Positions 15,609-30,099 of a DNA stretch of 64,000 nt are shown here, piece by piece. Numbering within the stretch: the stretch's first letter is position 1; each line of letters opens with the position of its first letter. Under the pieces are notes generated by a model, which ran no database searches, was not told the origin of the DNA, and saw only the letters and a program-made list of their open reading frames with translations. Source of the stretch: Schmidtea polychroa (lineage: Eukaryota); contig CM097886.1 of the NCBI GenBank assembly GCA_044892525.1, positions 32,178,001 through 32,242,000 of the forward strand, in the 5' to 3' direction. A program made the translations under genes and the position numbers.

Positions 15609-15863
15609 TGAAACCTGATGATATGTTTGAATTTCAAATTGTCTATAAACCTTCTAAAAATGCATCCTGTGAAAAAGCGGCATTGGTTGATGCGGTACCT
15701 TATATTCAAACTAGGCAACAACTAGCTAATTTCTACATCGATTCAATATCAACGATTCCTCTTAAAGGTATTTGTAACCCATCTCAGAAACCAACAACTC
15801 ATTTAAAGACTTCGACAATTTCTACAACCATTCCAAAACCGACTCCAAAAACCCAACGAAAAC
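15609..15863 (+). CDS. Dystroglycan-like exon ending in a short Thr/Pro-rich mucin-like stretch
   Basis: ttttttag acceptor in phase 1 joins the previous exon (a+tg = Met). Encodes ...CNPSQKPTTHLKTSTISTTIPKPTPKTQRK. GTAAGG donor. Confidence 0.7.
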
Positions 15864-16462
15864 GTAAGGATTTTATATCGTAATAAATATCTAATTTGAA
15901 AGCGATTTTTTTTATAAATTCAATTAGGTTTTACTTTTTGTAAACTTTATTTCTAATTTCAAAAACATTTACTGAACACTTTTGAACAAGAGTTACTAAA
16001 AATTCAAAAGTATTTTTTGCATGTTTTTTTGTTTATATTAATGGAGTGAATGGTACAATCTATGTTACTGATCTAGAAGATAATACTAAATTTTAACATT
16101 ATATATGTATTTTATAGGATAGTAAGGTCTTAAATTTAATTAACTTTAATTTATTGGCAGTTAATTTTTATTTTTGAACTGTGGAAGAAAGAAAACCTTT
16201 TTCAAGTGAGCCCAACATTGCTAGCAGCACAGAAAAAACCATGAGCCGAGCCTATATATTTATATATATATATATATATATATATTTTATTTTAAATTTC
16301 CCAATGATAGATTTTGAAATATAACGAGTAAATAAAATAATAATTTCACAGAATGCTTATCATCAACTCTAATTCAATAATTAGAATAAATGTTTAATAT
16401 TGAGCCCATCACTGAAATCGTCAAAAGTTGATTTAATAAATTATTTATATATCAATTCTTAA

Positions 16463-16658
16463 CCCTTTCCTTGTGTATGACGAGTAAGTCTCATATTAAA
16501 ATTCCAATTCTAAAAGCGGATGACGAGTAGGTCTTTTAATGATTCTTGGTGTTTTAATGATTCTTGGCGTAGTACAATAACAAAAGATATATAAAAGATA
16601 TTATGCGCTAGATAGATTTTTACGCGTGTCGTCATAAAAGCTAAACGCAGCGAGCGGG
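16463..16658. mobile_element. piggyBac-type MITE
   Basis: TTAA on both sides, CCC...GGG termini, and subterminal tatgacga / tcgtcata. Confidence 0.6.
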
Positions 16659-17787
16659 TTAATTTTAATCCCCCATAAAATTGTTTAAAAAGACTAATAA
16701 AATATTATTGAAGAAAATTCAAGCACAGTATAGGAGATTTGATTAAAGACAATACACAAAATTTGAGTTAACTACCTTAATAACAAAACTGTCTCGTTAA
16801 TTACTTTTTATTATGAGAAGGATATTTTTAAAAATATTTCCTTTCAAACAAAATATTTATGATTTTATAATTCTTAATATTTAGACTTCATTACGAATTT
16901 ATTTTAGGCTTAATTTTCTAGAATATATACCTGGGATTTTTTATTGTGAAAAATACCTAGATCTTTTTCACTAGGAATTAATCGGGAGAAAATACGTAGG
17001 CTTATTTATTGAGGAAAATATTTAGATTTTTTTCATTGAGAATTAATTTAACTGGAACGATTCGAATTTTTAACTGTTTATTCTTCTAGCACTACTCGAA
17101 TATAAATTATATAAAATAAAATATACCATAAATTATAAATAAAATGATTAAAATAAAAAATAATTCTAACAACATCTGTTTCTAAACTTATAATTTCTTC
17201 GTCATTTTACACTATTTATTAGAATTTATAGAAAATGTAGGAAAAATAAATTGGTAATGGGTCGTTAAATATTTTAAAAAATAAAAGATTTTATTGATAA
17301 AAGAAATTTATTATTTTATAAATTTTTCAATTTCCTTTTAGGCCTTTAACAATGTTATATATCGGATGTTGTAGACGAATTCAGAATAATCGGGAATAGT
17401 TATATAAATTAAGTTGAATTAAAGATGTAGAAAAACATGTCTATTAGAGATGGATATATCCGCGCTTTGGGAAAACCCTGTTTCGGACAAAATAATTGAA
17501 GTCAAGAAACCATCACAACATGCTTATTATATCAAAACAATTGAACGGTTTTCAATAATAGTCAACAAATATTCTTTGCAAACTTTTAAGTCAACAAATT
17601 ATTTAAAACAAATAACTTTTAATTAAGTAAAATTCATGTCGTGCAAATTTAAATAAAAGAAATTAAAAAAGAAATTTTTTCATTAAAACAAAGAAATTAA
17701 AATTGAAAAACGAATATATTTTTTAATATTTTTATATACATTTATTTATTTGATAAAATAATTTATTTTTATTTTAATAAATATATT

Positions 17788-18093
17788 GGTGGCCGGACAA
17801 AATGTCGTGGACAAAATGTTATGTGGACAAAATGTCATGATATAAATGTCATGGACAAAATGTCGTGGACAAAATGTCATTGACAAAATGTCGTGGACAA
17901 TATGTCGTGGACAAAATGTCGTGGACAAAATTTCATGGTATAAATGTTGTTGATAATATACCATTGCGACATGTTGAATGTGATCAGTACCTTTGCGACC
18001 AATACCCATAGGGGGACAAAATATTTTGTATGATAAACTCTGAGTATGTATATTTTGTCCACATTTTGTCCGGTGACATTTTGTCATAGAACC
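17788..18093. mobile_element. 306-bp DNA element with tandem ~15-bp GGACAAAATGTC repeats
   Basis: 8-bp TSD AATATATT, GGT...ACC termini. About ten units on the left and inverted units at the right end. Confidence 0.85.
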
Positions 18094-18989
18094 AATATAT
18101 TTTGTAATTTTTATTATTGGAATATTGAATTTTGAATTTTAATTTCAATTTTAAAAATTAAAATATCAAATGCGTTTTCCGAGTAATTTTAGGGATTAAC
18201 AATTCTGGATTTTTTTTTCACTATCAATAAAAAAGATTTTCCCTACTAATAAAAATTTTAAAATGTGTATGAAATACAAAAAAAATATTTAACTTGGTGA
18301 TGACAATTCTTGTTATGTGTTTGACAGCATTACATAATAGTGTCTTATTGTGATATTATGCAATCGACCTTTTCCAGTTAACAATATATTACATTGCAAT
18401 AAAATATTTGATATTGCTGAATTGACTTAAAATGTAACTACAAGATATCGCGGCTTTACTTGACGAGATCTCCGGAATATCTAGGGAAATTTTCAATGTT
18501 CTTCAGTAATAATTTATTTTTATTCAAAAATTTCGAACGTTCTGTAATTACATTGCAAAGAAAATGCAGTTTAAATATTGTTAATTTAGATCTTCATCTA
18601 CATTTGGCAGAGTCTTTTTAAAGAACTTTTAGTCTGTTCATGTATTATGACTATATCTCAAAAATTTATTTTTCTATGCCTTTATTGCACTAATAATTAA
18701 CATAATAAGAGATTCATAGTGAAAATTATTTCAGTATTTAACTAGGCGTTGTTGATTGTTTTCTCGACTTTCCGATAATAAAAATTTTAATTATTAATTC
18801 TTTGAGTTTTAAATTTTTTAGTAATTAAAACTTCATCTGGGAGTGGCTATTGAGCAAATGCATCAAATTCAATTCCAATAACTGGATTTGTGGATTTGGG
18901 AATTTTTCCAAATATTCTTTTTTGAATTTTCATGTATTTTATATTGTGAATGCAAAATTTTAAAATCTTTTAACAATCTAACCCTCTAT

Positions 18990-19064
18990 ATTATATAATG
19001 TTTTTGTTTAAATTGATTATTATAGAGTCTATAATAATCAATTTAAACAAAAACATTATATAAT
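18990..19064. repeat. Perfect 75-bp palindrome
   Basis: Two 37-bp exactly complementary arms around a single G at 19027. Confidence 0.95.
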
Positions 19065-19099
19065 TTTAAAATTAAAATTAAATATAAATGAATAATTTT

Positions 19100-21525
19100 T
19101 TTACTGATGGGTATTAAAATATTTTTGGAAAAATTAAGAAAGGAGGATTGTCATGAAATGTCACATATATCAGTCCGTGACTTAAAATCAATGGATCGTA
19201 AATGAATAGAATTTGATATTATTTTATGATTTAGCTCCGGATTTCAATCCTTCGCTTCTCATAGATAATTTCGATGTCGAGGCGGGTAAGATTTTCTGTA
19301 TTGAATTTTTTGTTTTATTTCATTGTTTGAATTTCGATTTTTTAAATTAATTTTAAAAATAAACTAAACCCCACAAATAATATACACGGAGTAATTCGTA
19401 TTTAATGAGGGGGAAATCGCAGCTAGTAATTGTGCATGTTTGATGGCTTGAAAGTGTAACATCCTTTTACCACTGCGAAGATGAAAATTGGGTTTTTTTT
19501 AAATAAATTTTTAAACTAATAAGTAAATAAACTCAGTTCCTCTTATTTAATGCTCTTGAAATTAAAGAAGTTAAGATGGATATAAAGAGGCAGGTGTAAA
19601 ATACATTCGAAAAAATGAAAAATAGAATGATTAAGCACGAGAAGCTTGTTAAAGAAATCAATTAAAATGTGGAAAACGTTGCATTGTTAATCAAACTCCA
19701 ATATTTATTAAGTGACTTTTTATTAGTCTCTTTACAGTCATTTAATTTTAATAATTAATTATAATAATCATGATTATACAGTGAATGATGTCGATAAATT
19801 TGAAAGTGTGATTAATGATAGAATATGTACTATAAATGAAAATAATTCAATAATAAAATATGATTCATTGGGGTGTAAACCTATCATTGAAGTTAATATT
19901 TATAATAATAATTACAAAATTTTCCTCGATACTGAAGCAAAGGTAAATGTGATTCAATGAGATTTATTAGAAAAGTATCAGTTATCAGAATTAAGACAGT
20001 GCAGTATAAAAGTTAAATATTTGAATGATAACTCACTAAGAATAATAGGTACAGTTACACTTAATATCAAAATTAAAGGAATGATGCAGAGTAAGAATAT
20101 TGCATTTTATGTTGCTTAAGAAGTTACTTCAAAACTAATTGGTGGAATGAACTTTTCAGAAATACCTTTATGTTATAAACCAAAAAAGCCTTTAACACCT
20201 CAATTTCAGACATGTATCAACTACCTTAGCGGTTTATACTTTGTTATGTAATATAATAAAGGTGAAAGTCATTCTAATGCCGATGCTATGTCAAGAAATG
20301 AGTGCACATCATGCATACTATGCCAAATGATTCACCCAGACTCAAAAATTGAAAAACTGAAAACCAAAATTTTGGCTTTGATGACAGATGATAGTGAAAA
20401 CATTTGGCAAATGAATGTGGAAGAAATTAAAGATATTATCGAAAATAAAGATAACAGGAAAATATGTAAATTTATAGTTCAAAATGGAATAGTAAAAACA
20501 GAAATCAATAAAGCATGAATACGTGAAGTAAAAAAAGAAGATTTTATTCAAAATTATCGCAAAAAAACTATGCCATGCTGGGTTAAAAAAAGTTGAAAAA
20601 TATATTCAAAATAACTTCCAATGAAAGATATGAAAGATACAAAACAATAGAAGAAGCACAAAGTTATGAATCCTCATGATGTAGAATTATTTGAATCAAT
20701 ATTTTGTTGATTTCTGTGGACCATTAAAAACTAATATGAACAATAAAAAATACACATACTAGCTATTATTGATCAGCATAGCAAATATGTATCATTAAAT
20801 GCAGTGAGTACCCAAGATGAAAAGACTACTGCAATGATCATAAAGAACCAGTGGATATTAAAATTTGGAGCACCACGAGTTATACATATTGATCGGGGTA
20901 AAAGTTTTGAAAGCGCTATTTTGAAAGAACTTTTCAAATTACATAACTGCCAACTGGTATTTTCAAGCCCTTATCATCACTCAGCTAACAGACAGCAGAA
21001 TGGCAATTTCGTACACTTAGGGATACAATTAATATTTCACCTAAAGTTATATTTCATAGAAATTGTGTTGAATTGCTTCCAGAAATTTTGAAAATGCTTA
21101 TATTGTGTTAATTAGAAAGATTTACATAATAAAGAAGACGACCGATATGAAGGCCCAGGACTCCTGGGCCAGGAGTAATAACCAATAAAAGACATGAAAT
21201 GAGTCAAGCCTTTTAAAGGGAGGGGAATGTAAGGAATAAGTTAAATAAAACTTAACTTAATTAATTAACGAATTTAAATATTGTGTATTAACTAATTTAG
21301 AATTTAATAAGTATGGTATGTAAATAATAATTGTAAATATTATAATTATAATTTAAATGTAAGTATAACTATAATATAATTATATAATTTAAATTAATAG
21401 AATTATTGTAGAATGATGTTTTCTTGCTCAATATATTGTTGGCGTAAAATAATCCTCTTGTTTGAATATTGTGAATAATAAAAAATATTTGAATTTCAAA
21501 TCTTTAATTAATTTAAATGGATACA
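19100..21525 (+). mobile_element. Decayed, internally deleted Ty3/gypsy with PPT and 3' LTR start
   Basis: FLDTEAKVNVI near 19921; HSNADAMSR near 20270; FGAPRVIHIDRG...SPYHHSAN. Purine tract aaagggagggga followed by TGT at 21228. Both outer boundaries are approximate. Confidence 0.85.
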
Positions 21526-24500
21526 ATTAATACTCGGTCCACACAGTCTAACTATTATTATTAATAATTATTTTTAATTGAATTTAATTTAATATCTCTT
21601 CATTCATAATTTCCATTTCACATCTGGCGATATTAATTCATTTCTTCTGTCTCCTATTGACAGAATTGAAATTTTGCAAGTTGTGCCCAAACAAAAATAA
21701 TATTAAAAATCCCATAATCCAATTAATTTAAACAGCTGGAAACTCCTCAATCCTATGGACTTACTTGATTTCATGATTGATTATTGAAAACTAAAATATT
21801 CAATTATTTCCTAATTAAAAAAAGAAAATTTCAGGACTCCAGAAATAAAGAAAACTTTCAGTAACTATTGGGTCTAATTGATCAGATAATTTGACTGTGT
21901 TCATCGTTTCTACTGTGATTAAAATTTTATGAAGAAATTTACAAATTTCATTATTAATAATTTTTTAAAACTTTTTAAGTTTTTTATTCTAATTAAAACA
22001 AATAATAATAATTAGTGTTGCAATTCAAAAAAGCCTCTATTATTTAATTTACATATTACTCATCAGTAAATATGATAATCTGCTTCATATGGAATTGATC
22101 TGAATTATAATTTGGATTATTTACATGTCCATCTGTCTTCTGTAACACTCTAAGAGGTGAAATATTATTTGATTGGAAAAATGTATAATTTCCGTTGACC
22201 ACAAAAATAATAAATTGGACGACACTAAATTTCAAGCTTTGAATGAAGTCTTTACAATATTAAAAGTATTATGAAAGTTATTGTACAAAATTTGTGGATG
22301 TAATATACTATTCAAATCAAACATAAAGGTTTATGATAAATAATCTGAAACGGATAAATAATCCATTACCTACGTCTTTTTACTGATGTCTGGGCCACAT
22401 ATTGTCTGATATCCAAAAGTTTACAAAAGGAAGAAATACGAAAATTTTTTTTTAATGGAAACATTAAAAATTATTTTTAACTGTTTTTATTTAAATATTT
22501 ATTTAAAATTTTTTAAATATTTATTTTCTGTGTAAATAATTAACAGTGAAAGGGTAGAATTCACGTTTAAGTTAAAACGGAAAATTGCTAATAAACATTT
22601 AAATTGTATTTATCAAATTACATAAATTTTTATATAAACATTTAAATTAATAAGTTAAAGTAAGCTTAAAATATAAAAATAAATTAAAATATATTAAATA
22701 TTAAAATCAATTAAACCAGCATTGAAATCAACATCAAAATTAAAATAAAAAATTTTTTAAGTTGAAAATTTTTACTTTTAAATTAATGCAAACTGTGAAA
22801 AGGGCTTACCTATTTATTTGAAGCCTAAAAGTTTCTATAAGTATATTGTTAAGAATTCTTCATCTTATAGTATTCGATTTGTGACAATTACACATTGTGA
22901 CAAATATTTTCTTTGCACTTGGATATAGATTTTATCTCATTACAATAAGAATGAAGGACACGTTCAAAACGTTCTGAAGTGATTGGAATTGAATCATTGC
23001 TTCAGCTTGATACGCCATGCATTTTACAAGATCCATCAAAAGTAATTAAAGTAGTTCAAATTCAATGAGTGAGGTGCTAGTTTTAGTTGCACCTCTTCAA
23101 TCAATTTAAAATATTTTCTAAACTGGTTGTTGAAGTTTTGGAATACCATCATATATAAACTAACTGCCATGTCCTGTATTAATGAGTAAAAAATTATTTA
23201 GAAAATCATGCAACTTTTATTCCAAAGAATTACGACAGATTTTTTATTCAAATTTGATGTAGGAATTATGATTTGAATCATTATTTGCAAAGAATGTTCC
23301 ACCAAACATTTACTAAAAATCGTTATTGCCGGTACTACATTTGGAGTTTTTCAGTATGAATTGTATTGCATAAATAAATACAAAATTATACATTGTAAAT
23401 TTGTTCGGGAGCAAAATTACTTTGTTAAGGTACTGATGTTATGGCAATCAAATATCCAATTATATACTATATGGCAATTCTAAAACTGTTTTTCCTCATT
23501 AATTTCGAGAGAAAAATTGTTAATATTTAAACAAATAGTTTTAGTTATTTAAAAATCATTTAATAGTAAGTGACAGATGTTTCAAAGTATTTACAAAGAA
23601 TTGTCAGCAGTAAAAAAATAAGTCAACATTTACACTGCCAGTGTTATAATTCTGATTAAATGACCGTAAACGAATTGAAGATTAAAACAACTAATGAATT
23701 CATTGTTAAGATAAATAATACCCGCCAAGTAAAAGTATCGGTTTACTGTGTATCTTGTTTAATAATTTATATGACTCTCGTCGGTGTTCCTCTATCTAAG
23801 AATTTCATTTTTCACTGGCAATTTTGAAAGGATGAAAAAATTTATTTTATAAAGACCATTTCTAACTGTTTTGCATTAATTTATATACAATTTTATAAAT
23901 TATAAATAAATTCATTTGATAATTCATCAAAGGTTTTCGGTGTTTTATTGCATGATTAAATATTTTTTGAACTCACTATATAGGTTTTGTTTGTTTAAAT
24001 TAGACCTCCAAATTGACATTGTCGATATAGTTTCTGATGCGTTAATTTTTTCATTGTAAACTCAACATTGAATAATTAAATTAAATTTTATTTGTTTTGT
24101 GACACTGAATCATTATTTCATTTAATAAAGAATTGGAGAGTAATTTGATTCTCTAAAAATCAATATGGTTATGATTATAATAATATAAAATTATGGTTTT
24201 TTGGTAGCAGCATAAGTTAAACAAGTAAATGACAATATAAACTTTTTTTCTGTAATATATTAATTTAAAAATTTTATGATTATAGGATAATTCGAATTTC
24301 AAATTGAAAAGTATTTTCTAATAAACGAATTTTTTTTTCATTTAATACAAACTTTGCAGCAAAAAGGCTTANNNNNNNNNNNNNNNNNNNNNNNNNNNNN
24401 NNNNNNNNNNNNNNNNNNNNNNNNNNNNNNNNNNNNNNNNNNNNNNNNNNNNNNNNNNNNNNNNNNNNNNNNNNNNNNNNNNNNNNNNNNNNNNNNNNNN

Positions 24501-27500
24501 NNNNNNNNNNNNNNNNNNNNNNNNNNNNNNNNNNNNNNNNNNNNNNNNNNNNNNNNNATTCAGACCAAAAATAAATTCTGTCCACATAATTATTAATCAA
24601 CATATTTGACGTTTATTCCAGAAATTTATCAGATGATTTAAGGAAATTTCAATTACGAACTAAATATTTATTTAAAAGCTACTATCAAAACCAATGAACG
24701 AAACTCATTGAAAGGCCTGTCTTTTTTTTCTGTTGAGCTTTCCGTGTGAAAAATTTAGTTATCATCTATCTTACAGTCAGATTTTTCAATTGATTAATGT
24801 GGAAAAAAAATGTTAGGGAAAAAAATGAAATTATTTCATCTCTCTCGTGATAGAGTTGCATAGTATGAGAATGGTAAATAATAGTTTCTCTCTTTTAGTC
24901 GGAGCCAAACCAAAAGTTGATAAATTGAATTATAGTGTTCCCTCGTATGATCCCAAGTGTTGACAAGTCGTGTCGAAGCCGTTTAGTTATACTGATGTAT
25001 GTGAAAAATAATAAGTAAAAAGTACCATTTTTTCGTTGTCGTAGCAATGGGGTACATAATTGCTGGATTTCAACTGTATGTAAATTCCAATATCAAACCA
25101 GATACTAACTTTTTATTTTGATTCTCTTGTTAGTTGAAATGGAAATAGAAAGGTGATAATTTATTAGAGCATTATCAAATAGATTTTGAAAGATGAAATT
25201 CAAATCGAAAGCGTAAAACTGGTGGTAAATGATATGATTTAAAGTTACATTCGGAAATTTAAGAATTCCTTAGCAATTTTAATTTTTTGCAGCCACTTAA
25301 ATTTTACTTTGAGAATAGAAAAAATGAAAATTAACTTAAAGAATAAATTTATATTTTTCAATTTTCATTACCGTTCTCAGTAAAGCTAAGTTTAGATGGT
25401 ACCCAATGAAGATAAGTGTTTCACACTGTACTCGTAGAAAGAAGAATTCTATTTTTTAGGTAGACAGTGTCACTTTTCTTAATATTGAAAACTGGTAAGC
25501 TCAAAGCGACAATAACATATGAACGTACGCGTGATTTCAGTCAGAAAAAAAGAATTGAAAAAAACCCTCGATAATTTGGTAAATAATAACTTTGTGGTAT
25601 ATTGTCTTGAGAACGGTTCCTGATCAATTTTAGAAATGTCAATGGATTATTTTTTGAAGAAAATTGTATTTTTTCAAGATGCAGATTTTAACATAATTGA
25701 AGATAAAATATTACAAATTTTTATCATTTATCTTCATTTAGTTCTTGGTTATAAATAGTTTTTTTTTCCATCTAACATAAATTTTTAGCATTGCTATTGT
25801 TTTTTTTTGATTTTTCTTGAATCGACAAGTGAAAAAAGCATTAATTTATTTTTAAAGATTTTTTAAAAGTTTTAATTTTTCCAAACAAGCATCATCATAA
25901 ATTGGTTTATATCAGCAATGTGCATCTAAATCACTATCGTTAATCGACAGAGAATTTTTAAAGTGAAGCACGAACAAATGTCTAATGATAATGGAGAGAT
26001 AAGTAGAGAAGATGTGTCTTAGAAAAATATGACTTCTTTAAAAATGTGTTGTTTTTTGTTTTAATATTATGGTTTTGGCATATATTTTCAAAATTAAATT
26101 TCGAATTTCAATATAATCACAATTACCGATATCTGACGTATCAGGTGAAGAATTTGCAACCATTTGTGTGTTTTCCTTTATAGTTTAAGGATTTTTCATA
26201 AATATGGATGGAAACAATATACGAAAGGAAAGCACAGAATAAAAGGAAAATTAACTTAAAGAATAGATGATATTATTTCAACTGTGGAATTTTGGTATTT
26301 CTAAAAATTATTGCACGGCTTTCTCGTAAAGCCAAGGTGACACTCGAGGAAATAAGTGAAAAAAATTTTCATTGTAACTAAATATCTCAAAATTCACTCA
26401 AAACATGTAATTTGTTAGGTATTCTGTCAAACTCTTCCAAACGATTTTGTAACTGAAATTACATAAATATGATATTTAATTGCTTTTTTTCTATTAATCG
26501 ATTTTTAATCTTTGAGCACTGTGAAAATGAATTATAATTACTTTCGATTATAAGGATAATAAGTTCGCATTAAAAATTCCCCTTTAATTATTTTTTATTT
26601 CAGTAATTAAATATTTGATGGAATAAGTATGAAAACAACAAATTATTAAGAAATTAATAAACAAATTTATTTCATATTTTATTCACATAACATTGGTTTT
26701 TTGAAAATATATCTAAAAAAGAGTTTATTTAAAAAAATACCTAAAAATATTTTCAAAATTTATAAAATACCTAAACAAAATTATGAAATTTATAAAATAT
26801 CTAAAATAATAATAGAATTTATATAATACCTAAAAAAATTAATATCTAAAAATAAATTTTAAAAATATTTAAAGAAAACTTAGATCAAACAATAATTTAA
26901 TAAAGAAAATCTAAACACATCAAAATAAAGCAAAATAAATTAAGAATTAAATAAAGAAAGTAAAGGAAAATAAAAAAAATTTATAAGAAATAGTAAGAAA
27001 TAAATTAAATTAATATTTAATTCTTCATTTATTTTCTTTATTTTGATGTGTTTATATTTTCTTTAATTATTTTTTTAAATATTTATTTTTCAATTTATAT
27101 TTAAATATTAATTTTTTATTATGAGAACTTTTTTTCCATGCCGAAAATTCGTGAGTATCAAAAAACATCAATATATTACTGATTTATAGTCGTCAAGCTC
27201 TCTTTATAAATTAATTTTTTAGGTAATCCTCATAAGATTTTGTTGGAGTTACATAAAAATATTGCAATATAAATTAACCAGAAATTAAAATGTATATAAG
27301 AGGGGTCATGGAACATGAGTTAGAAAAGAATGAATTGATTTACTGATTGGAAAATTAGCGGATTTTAGGAAGGAAATCGGGAAACATGTTAATTAAAAAT
27401 ATTAATGTCTATCAAATGTTTTCAAATTGAAGGATGTGTAGATACAAAAATACAGACTAATATATTAAAAAAGTTATCTATCTCATCAAGCAACGTAAGA

Positions 27501-27799
27501 GAAAAAAATATCATTTTCGACAATCGCAGAATTAAAAATCGACATGTGTAGGATTATGATGTAGAATTTAACGAGAAAAGAAGAAAATCCACAATACTAG
27601 TTGATGGTCGAAGGTCATATATAAACCGGTTTAGAATATGAATTGACGTTTCTGCAAAAGGACTAAGAGAATTGCGTGAAATTTACCAAGCAGATTGAAG
27701 ATAAATTTGTAAGATAGTTAATGATTTCAGGAAATTGTGATAATTGAGTGTAACCTAATTAGATTTATTCACTGGAAGTACGTAAATAAATTATGCAAG

Positions 27800-29260
27800 T
27801 ATTTAGTGGAAATAAATCTTTAAACTTGTTAGGTCTTATTTATATTAATAAAACCACGATTCAAAAGAGAGGATCATCCTACGAAAAGTCATCGAGGGTT
27901 GTTAAATTTGAAGGCGGCAATATTCATTGAAATAGATTGAAGTTGTTGCCTTGACAAATTAATATTTAATAATACTTCATACCAGATCATGATCGAACAT
28001 AGAAAATCGAAACTCGTGATTTTTGAATCAATTGATTTTGTTGTAATTTTTATAAGTACTTCGAGAGTTGATTTAGCTGCTTCTTGGAGTGCTTTATAAT
28101 TTTTTGGCAGTTCAAAGCGTAAAGTTTTTACTGTATTAATGAGACTTTTTCCCATTTCGTATTCAATTTCTATTGAACCTTCCAAAAAGTGGAATCCAAT
28201 AAAACTTTCATGGATATGAAGTTAGATTTTTTATTATCCATGTTTACATATCGAATGAGCATTGGCCATCTATTTCTGGTGGCTAGTGTCTGCAGTACAA
28301 TCAACAATAATTGAAAGGTACTTGGATTTTTAGGCCCTCTCTAAACTGTGGCTTTTGATGCAATTGCCAATCATGACCATAATTTCATTCTGGATATCTT
28401 TTCCTAAGTAGTGCACAAAATTTGGTTTTTCTTTTGCTCTTAACAAATGTTTCAACATAACCGAGTCAAATTCGGCTAAAAATTTTAAAATTTTTAGAAC
28501 GATTCCGTTATTGTCTTCCTTAACGTTGTAAGAAGATACATTGCATGTCATATTTCGTTTTGTTATTATCGTGGTTAATTAAATTAATCTTATTTTCGTA
28601 TTGTTCCACTTCCCTTTTCAGGCTTTTTTTTCCATTATGGTATCCACTGACGCTCCTTTTTGTAATCGATTTTTTGGTTCCATCCATTTATTGAAGCAGT
28701 CAAAAAGTTCAACACTTCGCTCATATCTTTTTAAAATTTGTGAAATATGTCGCCAATCATTAATGCCATTTCGAGCCAATGTATCAGGATTCGGAGCAAA
28801 TATTTTATAGCAAAAACAAAACATTTTGTTAGACTTTTTGAATAAACTAACATCGATCTCCGAAATATTTCACCATTTATCCATAATTCGATAAACATAA
28901 TTATTAAAAAATTTAAATTTTGCGAATTTTTCGGATACTGGCTCAAATTTTCTTGGACATTGTCGGCTGCTTTAATGGCTCTATGCTGAATGAAATCTTT
29001 GTTTATATTTTCTGTCCAGTCACTAAAGTCACCAAAACATAACAATGATTCAATGATTCTGTTGGACTTATTTCTACTGGATCAACAGAGTCATTCAAGT
29101 GGACTGGACGTACATTTTTCGGTTCAATGGAGTCAGTGGTTTGAATTAATTTTGCAGATCGGATTTCAATATCTTAATTTCTGTTGGCCATTTATTCTTG
29201 ATGAGGTTTCCAAACCAGAAAGTTTTCTCTTTTCGATTGTTTTCTTATTTAGGAAATAAT
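27800..29260 (-). pseudogene. Decayed hAT transposase (ZMYM1/DUF4371-like)
   Basis: LARNGINDWRHISQILKRYERS; LKILKFLAEFDSVMLKHL...HYLGKDIQNE; FDFLCSIMIWYEVLLNIN. Frameshifted across several ORFs. Confidence 0.85.
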
Positions 29261-30099
29261 AAAAAATGAATTCTTATAAAAAATTTTAAAAAATTAAGCT
29301 TAAGCTTGAAATTATTTTGATTTTTTAAACATTTTCAATAAAAAATTATAATTCAATTAAGAAATAGTATCAGAACTTACCAATTGAATAAGAAAAAAAC
29401 AAAATATATTTCAAACTATTTTAACAAATTTACTTGGCACATTATTAAACTGGAATGGAAATTCCAAATGGAAATTGAAATTGAAAATAAGAAATTTCAG
29501 TCAAATTTTCCGCCGACTTAACTATTTTTTAATAATTAGTTTTTATACACTAAAAATAGAACACATTGAAATTGCGGTGAATTAAAATTTTCAGTCAAAT
29601 TTTACCATCTCCTGTGATTTTTCCGGCATGCGTCTGCGTGATATTCACGCATTTTCCCCGTCTTANNNNNNNNNNNNNNNNNNNNNNNNNNNNNNNNNNN
29701 NNNNNNNNNNNNNNNNNNNNNNNNNNNNNNNNNNNNNNNNNNNNNNNNNNNNNNNNNNNNNNNNNNNNNNNNNNNNNNNNNNNNNNNNNNNNNNNNNNNN
29801 NNNNNNNNNNNNNNNNNNNNNNNNNNNNNNNNNNNNNNNNNNNNATATTGATATCAATCAAACAAAATAATTTTTACAATTCCAAGGTTTTCAGTGGTTA
29901 TTACAGTGCTTCATGAGGAAAACCACTATTCAATAAAGCTGAGATTCACAACCAGCTGACCATTGACTATGTTCCTTTTACCTTTCTCAGTGGCTCCTCT
30001 TCATGGATTTACTAGAAATTCACATAGCATCAGTAGTATCTTTTCTAAATTGCTCATTTAGTTTTATAAATAAATCTTTGATTTTCTTTTGATAAATTT

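Noticed and set aside
17800-17930. CRISPR-like array
   Set aside because: The units are contiguous ~15-bp tandem repeats without unique spacers, inside a TSD-flanked element in a eukaryotic context.
18300-23350. Additional hAT transposase relics (about 18300-18960 and 22900-23350, minus strand)
   Set aside because: Only faint motif echoes such as IPITSERFERV. Too decayed to call.
24899-24944. Possible missing dystroglycan exon (GAKPKVDKLNYSVP; phase 1 in, phase 2 out)
   Set aside because: The splice sites and phases fit, but it is too short to supply the missing Ig domain and has no diagnostic motif. Needs RNA-seq.
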